Below, one piece after another: positions 30,623 to 41,400 of a stretch of DNA of 64,000 bases. The stretch lies in the NCBI GenBank assembly GCA_963789955.1, contig CAWBMV010000034.1:32001-96000 (forward strand), written 5' to 3'. The notes beneath the pieces were generated by a model. The model had not been told where the DNA came from, ran no database searches, and worked only from the letters and a program-made list of their open reading frames with translations. Within the stretch, counting starts at the first letter, position 1; every line of letters starts with the position of its first letter. The position numbers and the translations under genes were made by a program. Source of the stretch: an uncultured Candidatus Rokubacteria bacterium (GTDB taxonomy: Bacteria > Methylomirabilota > Methylomirabilia > Rokubacteriales > CSP1-6).

Positions 30623-31909
30623 ATGAGCGATCAAGACAATCTTCTGCGCCGCGCGGAGCAGGTCCTTCCCGGAGGCGTCCTGGGCAGTCATCGCAGCGGA
30701 CCCGGCCTCGAATTCGTCGTCAAGGAAGGCCGGGGCGCGTACCTGTACGACATGGCCGGGCAGCGGTATCTGGACTACCTCCTCGGCTCCGGCCCGATGC
30801 TGCTCGGCCACGCGCATCCGGCCGTCGTCGCGGCGGTCGAGCGGCAGATGGCCCGCGGCACCTCGTATTTCCTCCTGAACGAGCCGGCGATCCAGCTCGC
30901 CGAAGAGATCGTCAAGGCCGTCCCGTGCGCCGAGCAGGTGCGCTACACGTCGAGCGGCTCGGAGGCGACGTTCTTCGCGCTCCGCGTCGCGCGCGCGTTT
31001 CGCAAGCGGGACAAGATCATGAAGTTCGAGGGCGGCTTTCACGGCACGCACGACTACGCGCTGATGAGCGTGGTGCCCCGCTCGCCGAAGGCGTTCCCGG
31101 CGCCGATGATGGACTCGGCCGGCGTGCCGCACGCGATCGAGGCCGAGGTGCTGATCGCCCCGTACAACGATCTGGCCACGGCCGAGGCGCTGATCGCCGC
31201 GCACCACGACGAGCTGGCCGCGGTGCTGATCGAGCCCTACCAGCGGACGATCGTCCCCGCGCCGGGCTTCCTGGCGGGGCTGCGCGCCGCGACGCGCCGG
31301 TACGGCGTGCCGCTGATCTTCGACGAGATCGTGACCGGATTCCGGTTCGCCTACGGCGGCGCCCAGGAATATTACGGCGTCGTGCCGGATCTGGCGGCGT
31401 ACGGCAAGGTCGTGGCCGGCGGCTTTCCGCTCGCGTGCATCGCCGGGCCGAAGGAGATCATGCGCCACTTCGACGCGGCCCTCGAGGGCACCGCGGACTA
31501 CGTCTGGCAGGCCGGAACCTTCAACGGCAACGCCATCGCGTGCGCGGCCGGCCTCGCGACCCTGGCCGAGCTACGGAAGCCCGGCATGTACGATCGGCTC
31601 TTCAAGACCGGCACGCGGCTGCGCGAGGGGCTGGCCGCCGCCGCGCGCAAGCACGGCCTGCCCGCGCAGGTCAGCGGCGAGCCGCCGGTATTCGACATCT
31701 TCTTCACCGACCGCGAGGTCGTCGACTATCGCGCGACCCTCACGGCCGACCGCGACCGGATCAAGCGCTTCAACCAGGAGCTGGTGCGCCGCAAGGTCGT
31801 CAAGGCCGTGAACAAGATCTACGTGTCGCTCGCCCACACCGACAAGGACGTCGAGGAAACGATCGAGATCTTCGACCAGGCGCTCGCGGTCATCGCCGCC
31901 GGCGCGTGA
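30623..31909 (+). CDS. Class III aminotransferase, glutamate-1-semialdehyde aminomutase-like
   Basis: PGGV, GP.LLGH, SGSEAT, KFEGGFHG, FDEIVTGFR, YGKVVAGGFP, GTFNGN. Confidence 0.85.
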   Translation: MSDQDNLLRRAEQVLPGGVLGSHRSGPGLEFVVKEGRGAYLYDMAGQRYLDYLLGSGPMLLGHAHPAVVAAVERQMARGTSYFLLNEPAIQLAEEIVKAVPCAEQVRYTSSGSEATFFALRVARAFRKRDKIMKFEGGFHGTHDYALMSVVPRSPKAFPAPMMDSAGVPHAIEAEVLIAPYNDLATAEALIAAHHDELAAVLIEPYQRTIVPAPGFLAGLRAATRRYGVPLIFDEIVTGFRFAYGGAQEYYGVVPDLAAYGKVVAGGFPLACIAGPKEIMRHFDAALEGTADYVWQAGTFNGNAIACAAGLATLAELRKPGMYDRLFKTGTRLREGLAAAARKHGLPAQVSGEPPVFDIFFTDREVVDYRATLTADRDRIKRFNQELVRRKVVKAVNKIYVSLAHTDKDVEETIEIFDQALAVIAAGA

Positions 31910-31925
31910 GGTCGCGGAGGAGTCC

Positions 31926-33556
31926 ATGAATCTCAGCCGACGGCACCTGCTGAAGCTGGGCGGCGCCGCGCTGGCCGGAGCGTCGATCGCACCGGCCGTC
32001 GCGCGGGCCCAGACACCAAAGCGCGGCGGCACCCTGGCCATCCGGACCTGGGATCCACCGCACTTCGACCCGTTCCAGACGATCTCGTACAAGACGCACA
32101 TCGCGCTCAGCTTCACCCACAGCCGGCTGCTCCGGCACAAGGCGGGGCCGAGCGTCGTTCCCGGGACGTTCCCGATCGAGGGTGACCTGGCCGAGTCGTG
32201 GACCCAGCCGAACGAGACGACGTACGTCTTCAAGCTGCGCAAGGGCGTCCGCTGGCACAACAAGCCGCCGGTCAATGGACGTGAGCTGACGGCCGACGAC
32301 ATCGTCTTCAGCCTGAACCACTTCCTGACCGTCAAGGGCAACGCCAACGCTTACATGCTCAAGTCGGTCGACAAGGTCGAGGCGCTCGACAAGTACACGG
32401 TGAAGTTCACGCTCAAGGAACCGTTCGTCTGGTTCCTCGACATGCTCGCGAACCCTCATGCGGTCGCGATCGTGGCCAAGGAAGTCGTCGAGAAGCACAG
32501 CGGCGACCTCAAGAAGTGGGAATCGGTCATCGGCACCGGCCCCTGGATGCTCGACTCGTACCGCCCGAACGTCGGGCTCACGCTACGTGCGCAATCCGAG
32601 CTACTTCCTGCCGGGCCTCCCGTACATCGAGCGCATCGAGGCGACGGTGGACGAGGACAACGCGTCGCGAATGGCGGCGTTTCTCAGCGGCAAGTACGAC
32701 CTCGGCTGGGAATTTCCGGGCACGATCAATCGGGTCGATTGGGTGCAGATCAAGGACAAGCTCAAGCAAAGTAGACCGAAGCTCCAGACGGTCGAGTACC
32801 CGTCGCCGGTGATGAGCCACATCTCGATGCGCACCGACCAGAAGCCGTTCAGTGACGAGCGAGTCCGCCAGGCCATGTCGTTGGCCATCGATCGCCAGGC
32901 GATCATCGAATCGGTGTTCGAAGGTGTCGGCGCGGTCAACCCGGCGGTCCCGGCCGCGCTCCGGGAGTGGTCGATTCCGCTCGACAAGCTCGGCGAGGGC
33001 GCCAAGTACTACAAGTACGACCCGGCCGAGGCCAAGCGGCTGCTGGCCGCCGCCGGCTACCCGAACGGGTTTCCGGGAACGATGTGCTTCACGACGTACG
33101 GCTCCACGATCCTGGTCGACTCCATGCAGCTCGTGCAAAAGGATCTCAAGGCCGTCGGTATCGACGTCAAGATCGACCAGAAGGAGTACGGCGCCTACAT
33201 CGCGACCTGCTTCTACGGCAAGTTCGACTCGATGACATACGGACCGCAGACGGGCTTCCTCGAGCCCGACAACTTCCTGTTCGGCCAGTACTACCCGGAG
33301 GAGCTGAAGAACCAGAGCCACATCAACGACCCGGTGGTGGCCGACATGCTCGTGCGCCAGCGGCGGACGTTCGACGTGGCCAAGCGGCGCGAAATCATTT
33401 ACGACATCCAGCGCCACCTGGCCAAGAAGCAGTACTACGTGCAGATGCCGTCGGGCATCTACATCGGCGGTGTGGGAAGGCGCGCTCAAGAACTACGGGC
33501 CGAACATGGGCTACGACTACGGCGGGCGGCTCATGGCCGCGTGGCTCGATCGCTAG
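31926..33556 (+). CDS. ABC substrate-binding protein, family 5, Tat-exported (frameshifts near 32585 and 33470)
   Basis: SRRHLLK Tat motif, PKRGGTL, DLAESW, IGTGPW, YDPAEAKRLLAAAGYPNG. Confidence 0.85.
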
Positions 33557-33574
33557 CCGGATGTTCACCCGCTC

Positions 33575-34519
33575 GTGCTGAGGCGGTACCTCGCCAAGCG
33601 GCTGCTGGTCGCGATCCCGTCGCTGCTGATCGCGTCGCTGATCGTTTTCACGCTCCCGCGGCTGATCCCGGGCGACGTCGTGGTGCTCATGCTGGCCGAG
33701 AAGGCGTACGCGAAGGACCTCGACGAGCTCCGCGCCAAGCTCGGCCTCGACCGGCCCCTGCCGGTGCAGTACGTCGAGTGGCTGGGCCGGGTCGCGCGCG
33801 GTGATCTCGGCGAGTCGCTCTGGACCAAGCGGCCGGTGCTCGAGGAGATCGGCCAGCGCCTCCCCATCACGTTCGAGCTCGCCATGTTCGGGTTGTTCTT
33901 CGCGCTGCTGATCGCGATACCGGTCGGCCTCATTTCCGCCGCGCGCCAGGACACGATCCAGGACTACGTCGCCCGGAGCGCCGCGATCCTCGGGCTCTCG
34001 GTGCCCGGATTCTGGCTCGCGACGCTCTTGATCGTGCTGCCCGCGATCTGGTGGGGCTGGCGGCCCGTCTCCGGCTTCGTCGAGTTCTCGCGCGATCCGG
34101 TGGGCCACGTGACCCAGCTCCTGCTGCCGGCGCTGATCCTCGGGATCGCGACGGGCGCCGCGCTGATGCGCCTGACCCGGGGGATGCTGCTCGAAGTGCT
34201 GCGGCAGGACTACGTGCGCACGGCATGGGCGAAGGGGCTCTCCGAGCGCGTGATCGTCATGAAGCACGGCCTGCGGAACGCGATCATCCCGGTCGTGACT
34301 CTGCTCGGCACTCAGCTGCCGCAGGTGATCGGCGGCACCGTCATCATCGAGACCGTATTCGGGTTGCCCGGCATGAGCCGCTTCCTGTTCGACGCGATCA
34401 ACCAGCGCGACTATCCGGTGATTCAAGGCGTCAACCTCGTCGTCATCTCGCTGATCGTGCTGATCAACCTCACGATCGACGCGCTCTATGCGGTCCTCGA
34501 TCCGCGGATCCGGTATTAG
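33575..34519 (+). CDS. ABC transporter permease, DppB/OppB-like
   Basis: PGD, LGLDRPL.VQY, GDLG.S, QDYVRTA.AKGL, RDYPVIQ, LDPRI. Confidence 0.9.
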   Translation: MLRRYLAKRLLVAIPSLLIASLIVFTLPRLIPGDVVVLMLAEKAYAKDLDELRAKLGLDRPLPVQYVEWLGRVARGDLGESLWTKRPVLEEIGQRLPITFELAMFGLFFALLIAIPVGLISAARQDTIQDYVARSAAILGLSVPGFWLATLLIVLPAIWWGWRPVSGFVEFSRDPVGHVTQLLLPALILGIATGAALMRLTRGMLLEVLRQDYVRTAWAKGLSERVIVMKHGLRNAIIPVVTLLGTQLPQVIGGTVIIETVFGLPGMSRFLFDAINQRDYPVIQGVNLVVISLIVLINLTIDALYAVLDPRIRY

Positions 34520-34540
34520 TCGAGTGGGGCGGGCCAGAAC

Positions 34541-35474
34541 GTGAGCACGCGCGTCGAGATCCCGCAGCAGGTCGCGCCGGCGAACGCGTCGCACGCGCGC
34601 GCGGCCGTTCGTGGCGGGGCAGCGTCGACACCTGCGAATGCTCGGAAGATTCGCACGACGCAAGCCGCTCGGCGCGATCGGCGCCGCCATCGTCGTCGCG
34701 CTGCTGGTCATGGCGGTGTTCGCCGAGCAGATCGCGCCGTACGGGTACGACGAGACGATTCGCGGCGCCCGCATGCAGTCGCCCTCGGCGACGTACTGGC
34801 TCGGCACCGACAACCTGTCCCGGGACATCTGGAGCCGCATCGTCTACGGCGCGCGCGTCTCGGTCACGGTCGGCTTCGCCACCGTCGGCCTGGCCGTCGT
34901 CCTCGCCACCACGGTCGGGGTCTCGAGCGGCTATTTCGGCGGAATGTACGACCTGGTGGTGCAGCGCGTCGTCGACGCGTGGCTCTCGTTTCCGTACCTC
35001 GTCATCGTCTTGTCGGTGATGGCGGTCCTGGGCCCCGGGCTCTTCAACGTCGTGCTCTCACTCGCGATCATCATCGCCGCCGTCAACTCGCGCGTGATCC
35101 GCGGCGCGACGATCACGGTCGCTCACGGGACGTACGTCGAGGCCGCGCGGGCGGTGGGCTGCGGGCACGCGCGCATCATCGTGCGCCACATCCTGCCGAA
35201 CGTCATCGCGACGATCATCATCCTGGCGACGATCGGCCTCGGCACCGCGATCCTGGCCGAGTCGGCGCTCTCGTTCCTCGGCTTCGGCGTGCCGCCGCCG
35301 TATCCGGCGTGGGGCGCGATGCTCTCGGGCTCCGGCCGGACGTACATGTTCCGCGCTCCGTGGATGGCCATCTGGCCCGGCGTCGCGATCTCGCTCGCCG
35401 TCTTCGGCTTCAACATGCTCGGCGACGCCCTACGCGACGTGCTCGATCCGCGGTTGCGTGGCAGTGCGAGGTGA
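34541..35474 (+). CDS. ABC transporter permease, DppC/OppC-like (N-terminal frameshift)
   Basis: LGTDNL.RD..SRIVYGAR.S, YVEAARA.G, HILPN, ESALSFLG, GDALRDVLDPR. Confidence 0.85.
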
Positions 35475-35544
35475 GCGCCGTCGAGGCGCGAGCCGAGCCC
35501 AATGATAAAAATGGAAATCACGGCTGCGCGTATCAACCATGAAC

Positions 35545-35573
35545 TTGACGTCCCTCCACCTCGGGAGTAGACA
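35545..35573 (+). promoter_or_regulatory. Sigma70-type promoter TTGACG-17-TAGACA
   Basis: Direct match with 17-nt spacer in an intergenic region with an AT-rich upstream tract. Confidence 0.6.
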
Positions 35574-35579
35574 GGAACT

Positions 35580-35768
35580 ACGGTGACGCGATCGGATGTC
35601 GCGCGCCGTCGTGGGCCCACGCGAATCCAGGAGGTGTTGTATGGAGCAGACACCACCGGACTTGTTAGCCGCGCCCCACGGAGCCTGCTAGCGGCTCCGA
35701 GCGGCGCCCGCGAGTTGCAGTAATCCACTCCCGACGCAAGTTGGGACGCGCAGCCCGGTCTGCGCAAC
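35580..35768 (+). ncRNA. Candidate structured RNA or leader (six hairpins) containing a 16-codon small ORF (35641-35691)
   Basis: Hairpins at 35580-35609, 35610-35621, 35626-35660, 35668-35705, 35729-35746 (GCAA loop) and 35748-35765; no known family recognised. Confidence 0.4.
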
Positions 35769-36866
35769 ATGAAAAGGGGAGTCCGTGGGCGAGCACGTCT
35801 CGCCCACGCCCCCGATACTCCCCGGTGCCTCGAGAAAGAACGCGGCCGCTTGCCCACTGACCTGTTCCTCGTCTCCTCGGCGTGGCCGTCGGATTCGCTC
35901 GCTCAGGTCGTGCCGCCCTCGTGCGCCCGCGGTGTTCTCCCGGCTCCTGCCATCACGCCGGACCGGGATGACCTGCTCGTGACGTTTCCAGAGTGGCGAC
36001 CCCGGCAGCCCGCTCACCGCCTGGTGCCGTCGCTCAGCGCGCTTGGCACGAGCCCGCTCGGCTTTCGCTTCGAGCTCTCGGCGTTCGCGGCCGGCGCTTG
36101 GTCGCCCTGGATCGCCGGCGCCACGGTGGGGCGAGCGGGATTCGCCGCGGGCACCGCGCGTTCGGCGACCCTCGTGTGCGAGATCGATGAGTTCATCGCG
36201 CACCCGCCGGCCGAGCGCGTCCGGATGGTCCTGCGCGCGAACGCCGACGGGCCGGCCGCCTCGCTATCCCCGTGGTGCGCGTCGTTGTCCTCGTGGAGTC
36301 CCGGAGGCGAAGAGTCGCTCGGCGCCGGCGGCGCCCGCCTGGTCGTTCCGGCGCTCAGCCAGATGGAGGAGGCCGCCACGATCCGACATCGCGTCTGCTC
36401 GCCGACGTGCGTGGCGATGGTGCTCGGGTACTACGGTCGTCGCGTGGCGGTCGCGGACCTCGCCCGCGAGATGTTCCAGCCTGAGCTGGATATTTATGGT
36501 GTGTGGCCGGCGGCGATACGGGCCGCGGGTCGCCTCGGGATCGGTGGCTACCTCCTGCGCTTTCCCGACTGGGGCGCCGCGGCGTGGTGTCTCGAGCGTG
36601 GCATGCCGGTGATCGCGTCGGTTCGCTACGGCCCGGGCGAGCTGAGCGATGCGGCGATCGCGGAAACGACGGGACATCTGCTCGTGCTGACGGGCTATGC
36701 CGGAGACGACGTGTTCGTCAACGACCCTGCCGCGCCCCGGGCCTCGGAGGTCGTGCGCCGCTATCGGCTCGACGAGCTCCGCCGGGTCTGGCTCACGCGC
36801 TCGGGCATCGGCTATGTGCTGTTCGGCGCGACCGCGCCACCGCGGGACGCCGCGCCCGGGCGTTGA
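35769..36866 (+). CDS. Peptidase C39-like family protein
   Basis: VPALSQM..CSPTCVAMVL.YYG, GHLLVLTGY, VFVNDPA (Gln/Cys/His/Asp papain-like set); start uncertain. Confidence 0.8.
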   Translation: MKRGVRGRARLAHAPDTPRCLEKERGRLPTDLFLVSSAWPSDSLAQVVPPSCARGVLPAPAITPDRDDLLVTFPEWRPRQPAHRLVPSLSALGTSPLGFRFELSAFAAGAWSPWIAGATVGRAGFAAGTARSATLVCEIDEFIAHPPAERVRMVLRANADGPAASLSPWCASLSSWSPGGEESLGAGGARLVVPALSQMEEAATIRHRVCSPTCVAMVLGYYGRRVAVADLAREMFQPELDIYGVWPAAIRAAGRLGIGGYLLRFPDWGAAAWCLERGMPVIASVRYGPGELSDAAIAETTGHLLVLTGYAGDDVFVNDPAAPRASEVVRRYRLDELRRVWLTRSGIGYVLFGATAPPRDAAPGR

Positions 36867-36904
36867 GTGGTCCCACGTTCTGGGTGCGATACAATGCGAC
36901 GAGT

Positions 36905-37168
36905 ATGCGCAACAAGCTGACATACGGTGTCTTGCTCGTGGCGCTCGCGACGAGCGCGTGCGGCGCCGACAGCCGCGAGTGGATGAAGCTCGATTCAGCG
37001 TACACGACGGCGGAGTTCCGGCGTGACTTCCAGGAATGCACGGTCAAGGGCAAGCTCGACGACGACTGTATGAAGTCACGCGGCTGGGTCGCCGTCACTC
37101 CGCCCAAGGGCGAGCAGAAGAAGGAAGATCCGCTCTCGATGCCGGCCGGCCGCAGTCCTCGCCGCTAG
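36905..37168 (+). CDS. Small lipoprotein with a Cys pair (FQEC...CMKSRGW)
   Basis: Signal peptide ending ATSAC; TACAAT 9 nt upstream of the ATG. Confidence 0.7.
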   Translation: MRNKLTYGVLLVALATSACGADSREWMKLDSAYTTAEFRRDFQECTVKGKLDDDCMKSRGWVAVTPPKGEQKKEDPLSMPAGRSPRR

Positions 37169-37638
37169 ACGGCGCCGCTCTGCTCCTCCATCGGCATGTG
37201 ATCGGCCAGCCGCGAGGCGATGACGCGCACGCGGTCCAGCTCTTCCGAGTCGCCGGCACGTGAGGCGAGCCCTTCGGCGACGCGCATGCACTGCTCCACG
37301 GTCGAGCGATCGCCGAGCATCCCGAATGCCTCCGCTGCGTGCAGCACGCCGTTCAGTGAACGCTGCTGGCGAGCCCGGAAGAACGCGATCCAGTACGTCT
37401 CGCGCGCGCGCGCCGCGGCATCACGCGCGAGCCCGGGGAAGGCGGCGAGACGGAGCGAAGCGCTGGCGACGGTGAGGAGGCCGAGCCACCCGGGGTGGCT
37501 GAGCGCGGCCGAATACGCCTGTCGCCACGCGCGCACCGACTCGCCGGGGTCGCCGCTCAGCAGCGCCTGGTCCATGGCCTGAATGTGGGCTGTCCAGGGG
37601 CCGAGCGTCTCGACCTTGCCGAACATGGGTCGCGCCAT
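37165..37638 (-). CDS. Hypothetical alpha-helical (TPR-like) protein, paralog 1
   Basis: GGAGGT RBS before GTG-ATG; shares WR.AY.AAL, FRAR..SL.GVL and LGDR..V.QC.RVA with the next gene; alternative start at 37698. Confidence 0.7.
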   Translation of the reverse strand: MARPMFGKVETLGPWTAHIQAMDQALLSGDPGESVRAWRQAYSAALSHPGWLGLLTVASASLRLAAFPGLARDAAARARETYWIAFFRARQQRSLNGVLHAAEAFGMLGDRSTVEQCMRVAEGLASRAGDSEELDRVRVIASRLADHMPMEEQSGAV

Positions 37639-37735
37639 CACTGCACCTCCGTCACGCCGTCCGCGTCGCGCGGCGCCTACCGTTTGTAAGAGCTCCATCG
37701 AATCATCCTCTGTGTGAAGTGAAGTGGGCACTGCA

Positions 37736-38308
37736 CTATGGGGTCAGATCCCCGTTTTCGATTCCCGCGGCGCTGGCAGCCCAGCGCTCCGTGAAGGCGC
37801 GGAGGTGCTCCGCGGCGTACGGATCTCTGGACTGGGCGACGACCCTCTGCGCGACGCGAATGCATTGCGCGACGACCTCACGGTCTCCGAGCTCGGCGAA
37901 GCGGTCGGCGGTGATCAGCACACCCGCGAGCGATCCTTCGCTCCGCGCCCGGAACAACGCCGTGAGATAGGCCTGGCGGGCCTTCGCGACCGAGGCTGCC
38001 CGGAATCCCGCCCGGGCCCCCAGGGCTCGATAGGTGTCCGCGACCGCCACCATGCCTTCCCAGTGACGGCTCTTCAGCGCGGCCGCGTAGGCGTCGCGCC
38101 ACAGCAGCTCGGCTCTAGTGAACTCATTTGCAGCCATGGCCTGCTCGACCTTGAGGAGCCGGGCCTGCCAGGCGAGCTGGGCCTCGGTCCCGATGGCGTG
38201 ATCGGCGAGGACATCTTTGACCGTCGCCGCCAACACCATCGGTCCGAGCGTCGAGACGATCGCTGGTAGAAACAAGCAGAGCCAGCGGCTCGACCAGAGG
38301 TCCTTCAT
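37736..38308 (-). CDS. Hypothetical alpha-helical (TPR-like) protein, paralog 2, with hydrophobic N-terminus
   Basis: GGAGG RBS; clear paralogy with 37165..37638. Confidence 0.7.
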   Translation of the reverse strand: MKDLWSSRWLCLFLPAIVSTLGPMVLAATVKDVLADHAIGTEAQLAWQARLLKVEQAMAANEFTRAELLWRDAYAAALKSRHWEGMVAVADTYRALGARAGFRAASVAKARQAYLTALFRARSEGSLAGVLITADRFAELGDREVVAQCIRVAQRVVAQSRDPYAAEHLRAFTERWAASAAGIENGDLTP

Positions 38309-38335
38309 AACGTCCTCCATGAACGCGGTGATAAC

Positions 38336-38350
38336 GCAAGGCCGATACCA
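38336..38350 (-). promoter_or_regulatory. Sigma54 -24/-12 promoter
   Basis: TGGTATCGGCCTTGC (GG-N10-GC, TTGC) just upstream of the paralog pair and divergent from a sigma54 activator. Confidence 0.7.
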
Positions 38351-38461
38351 TCCGGAAATCATCGTTAAAACAGAGTGTTATGAGCAACCGTTCGAACGGG
38401 ACGGACTTCCGCTGGTCAAGAGTTGAACACCGTACTGACCGGCGAGTAAGATGCGGGAACC

Positions 38462-41400
38462 ATGAAGCACCTGGCGGACCTGCTCGGTGAAAGTCCGGGC
38501 ATCCAGGCGATTCGTGATCAGATCGCGAGGCTCCTGACCCGGCAGCAGGATGCGCGCAGGCTGCCGCCGGTGCTCATCGAGGGCGAGACGGGGACCGGCA
38601 AGGGGCTCCTGGCCCGTGCGATTCATCGCGCGGGACCGCGACCCGACGGTCCTTTCGTCGACGTCAACTGCGCCGCAATTCCGGAAACTCTGCTCGAGGC
38701 CGAGATGTTTGGCTTCGAGAAAGGCGCGTTCACCGACGCCCGGCGCTCGAAGCCGGGCCTGCTTCAGACGGCCCATCGGGGGACGATCTTCCTCGACGAG
38801 GTCGGGCTTCTGTCCGAAGGGCTCCAGGCGAAGCTCCTCAAGGTACTCGAGGAGCGGAGCGTGCGCCGGCTCGGCAGCACGCGCGACGAGCCGATCGACG
38901 TCTGGATCCTCACCGCGACGAACGAGAATCTGAAGTCGGCGATCCAGGGGCGCCGCTTCCGGGAGGACCTCTACCACCGTCTCGCCGTGCTGACGCTCTC
39001 GCTGCCGCCGCTCCGCGAGCGCGGCGACGACATCCTCATGCTCGCCGAGCACTATCTCGGTCGAGCCTGCAACGACTACGGCGTGTCGGCGAAGACCCTG
39101 GCCGCCGACGCGCGGGCGGCGCTGCGCGCGTACCCGTGGCCGGGCAACGTCCGCGAGGTCGCCAACCTGATGGAGCGAGTCGCGCTGCTCTCGTCGGATC
39201 CGACCGTGACCGCGGACGCGCTCGGGCTGACGGCGGTCGCGCCGACGAAGGCTGCCGCCGCGGTCACGACACCAGCGGGATCGCCGAGCTCGCTCGACGA
39301 CGCGGTTCGCGACCGGGTGTCCGATGTGCTGAGTCAGACCGGCTGGAACATCTCGCGTACCGCGGCGCTGCTCGGAATCTCGCGAAACACCCTGAGGGCT
39401 CGCATCGACAAGTATGGGCTCCGCGTGGGCGAGGCACCGGCGCCGCCGCCACCAGCGCCGCGCCCCGAGCGGCGGCCGGCCCGCCGCGCTGAGCCGACTC
39501 AGGTCGCTCCCGATGAGGCGGCTGCTCCCGCGGTGGCTGCGCCGCCGCCCGCGCCGGCAGCGCTCGAGTGGGAGCGCCGCCGCGTCACGATGCTGCGCGC
39601 GTCGCTGCTCGCCCCGTCGGCGCCGGAAGCGCTCCTCCAGACCAATCGCGCGCTCGAGCTGTTGCTCGACAAGGTCCGCAGTTTCGGCGGCACGATCGAG
39701 GGTCGCGGACCGACCGGAATCGCCGCCGCGTTCGGCCTCGACCCGACGGAGGACGCGCCGAGCCGCGCGGCGCACGCCGCGATGGCCATCGTCAATGCCG
39801 TCACGCGCGCCCGGCAGGACGCCGGAACGGGTGCCGCCATCAAGGTCGGTGTCCATACGAGTCCGATTCTCGTCGGCCGGGGCACGGGCGTGCCCGAGCT
39901 CGATCTCGAAGGCAAGCAGGCCGCGCTGAGCGTGCTGAACACCTTGATCGGGCGCGGCGACGTCGACAGCGTGATGGTGAGCGAGGCGACGGCGCCGTTT
40001 CTCACGCGCGGATTCGAGTTGCGTGAGCTGGACGGCGAGGAGTACGGGCGCGGGCGCGTGTACACCCTCGTGGGGCGCGGGCGAATGGGCCCCGGTCAGG
40101 CCGGACGCGCCTCCACGTTCGTCGGGCGCAATCGCGAGCTCGAGCTCCTGTCGAGCCGCCTCGAGTCCGCGATGCGCGGCCGCGGGCAGATCGTCGGGAT
40201 CAGCGGCGAGGCGGGGATCGGCAAGTCGCGCTTGATCTTCGAGTTCCGCGAGAGCCTGACGGGCAAGGGGGTGACGTGTCTCGAAGGCCAGTGCCACTCG
40301 CACGGCACCGCGGTGCCCTATCTTCCGATCCTCGACCTGATCCGCGCGGCCTGCGGCATCGAAGAAGGCGACGCGCCCGGGGTCATGGCCGACAAGGCAC
40401 GCTCCACCCTCCTCGAGGCCGGCATGGACCTCCTGGAGACCGCGCCCTATGTTCTGCATCTCCTCGACATCGAACAGGACCCGGAGCGCTTTGCGGCAAT
40501 GACCCCCGACGTGACGAAGGCGCGGATCTTCGACACGCTCCGCCAGCTGACGTTGCGGAAGAGCCGGCAGGCGCCGCTGGTCATCGTGGTCGAGGACCTG
40601 CACTGGATCGACGGCACGTCCGAGGAGTACCTTGCGTCGCTCGCGGAGATTATCCAGGGAGCCCGCGTGCTCATGGTGTGCACGCACCGCGGCGGGTTCC
40701 GACCCTCCTGGATCGAGAAGTCGTATACGACGCAGGTCGCGCTCCAGCCGCTCGCCCCCGAGGAAAGCCTCCACATCGTGAGGTCGGTACTCGGCCCGGA
40801 CGAGCCGGCGGATGCCCTCTACGAGCTGATCGTGGTCAAGGCCGAAGGCAATCCGTTCTTCGTCGAAGAGCTCGCGCGGACCGTCCGCGAGCAGATCGGC
40901 GGCGCGACGCCGATGACGGTGCCCGACACGGTCGAGGAGGTCCTCGGCGGCCGTATCGATCGGCTCGCCCCTGAGGAACGGCGACTGCTCGAGGTCGCGG
41001 CGGTCGTCGGCAAGGACGTGCCGTTCGCGGTGGTCCACGCGGTGGCCGGGCTGACCGAAGACAAGGTCCGACGGATATTCGAGCGTCTCAAGAGCGCCGA
41101 ATTTCTCTACGAGACGAGCCCGGGGCCGGACACCGAGTACACGTTCAAGCACACCCTGACCCACGAGGTCGCGTACGAGCGACTCCTCCCGCAAGCGCGG
41201 CGCGCTCTGCACGCGCGGATCGTCCAGGCGATCGAACGCCTCTATGAGAATCGGCTGGTCGAACAGGTCGACCAGCTCGCCGATCATGCGCTGCGCGGCC
41301 ACGTGTGGGCCAAGGCCGTCGACTATCTGCGCCAGGCAGGGGCGCGCGCGGCGGCCCGCTCGGCGCACCGGGACGCGGTCACGCATCTCGAGCAAGCGCT

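Noticed and set aside
30623..31909. Assigning hemL
   Set aside because: Family motifs fit, but there are no heme genes nearby and it precedes an ABC transporter; probably a paralog.
35689..35691. Pyrrolysine or amber read-through linking the TAGs at 30392, 35689 and 52725
   Set aside because: TAG is a normal stop for many genes here; no pyl genes are seen; 30392 and 52725 are each one substitution from the expected residue, and nothing shows coding continues past 35689.
35712..35768. Resemblance to a c-di-GMP-I (GEMM) riboswitch (GNRA hairpin followed by GGGACGC..GCC.GGUCU)
   Set aside because: The GGCAAAC 5' element, the GCAAAG junction and the closing 3' strand are missing; retained only as part of the unassigned structured RNA.
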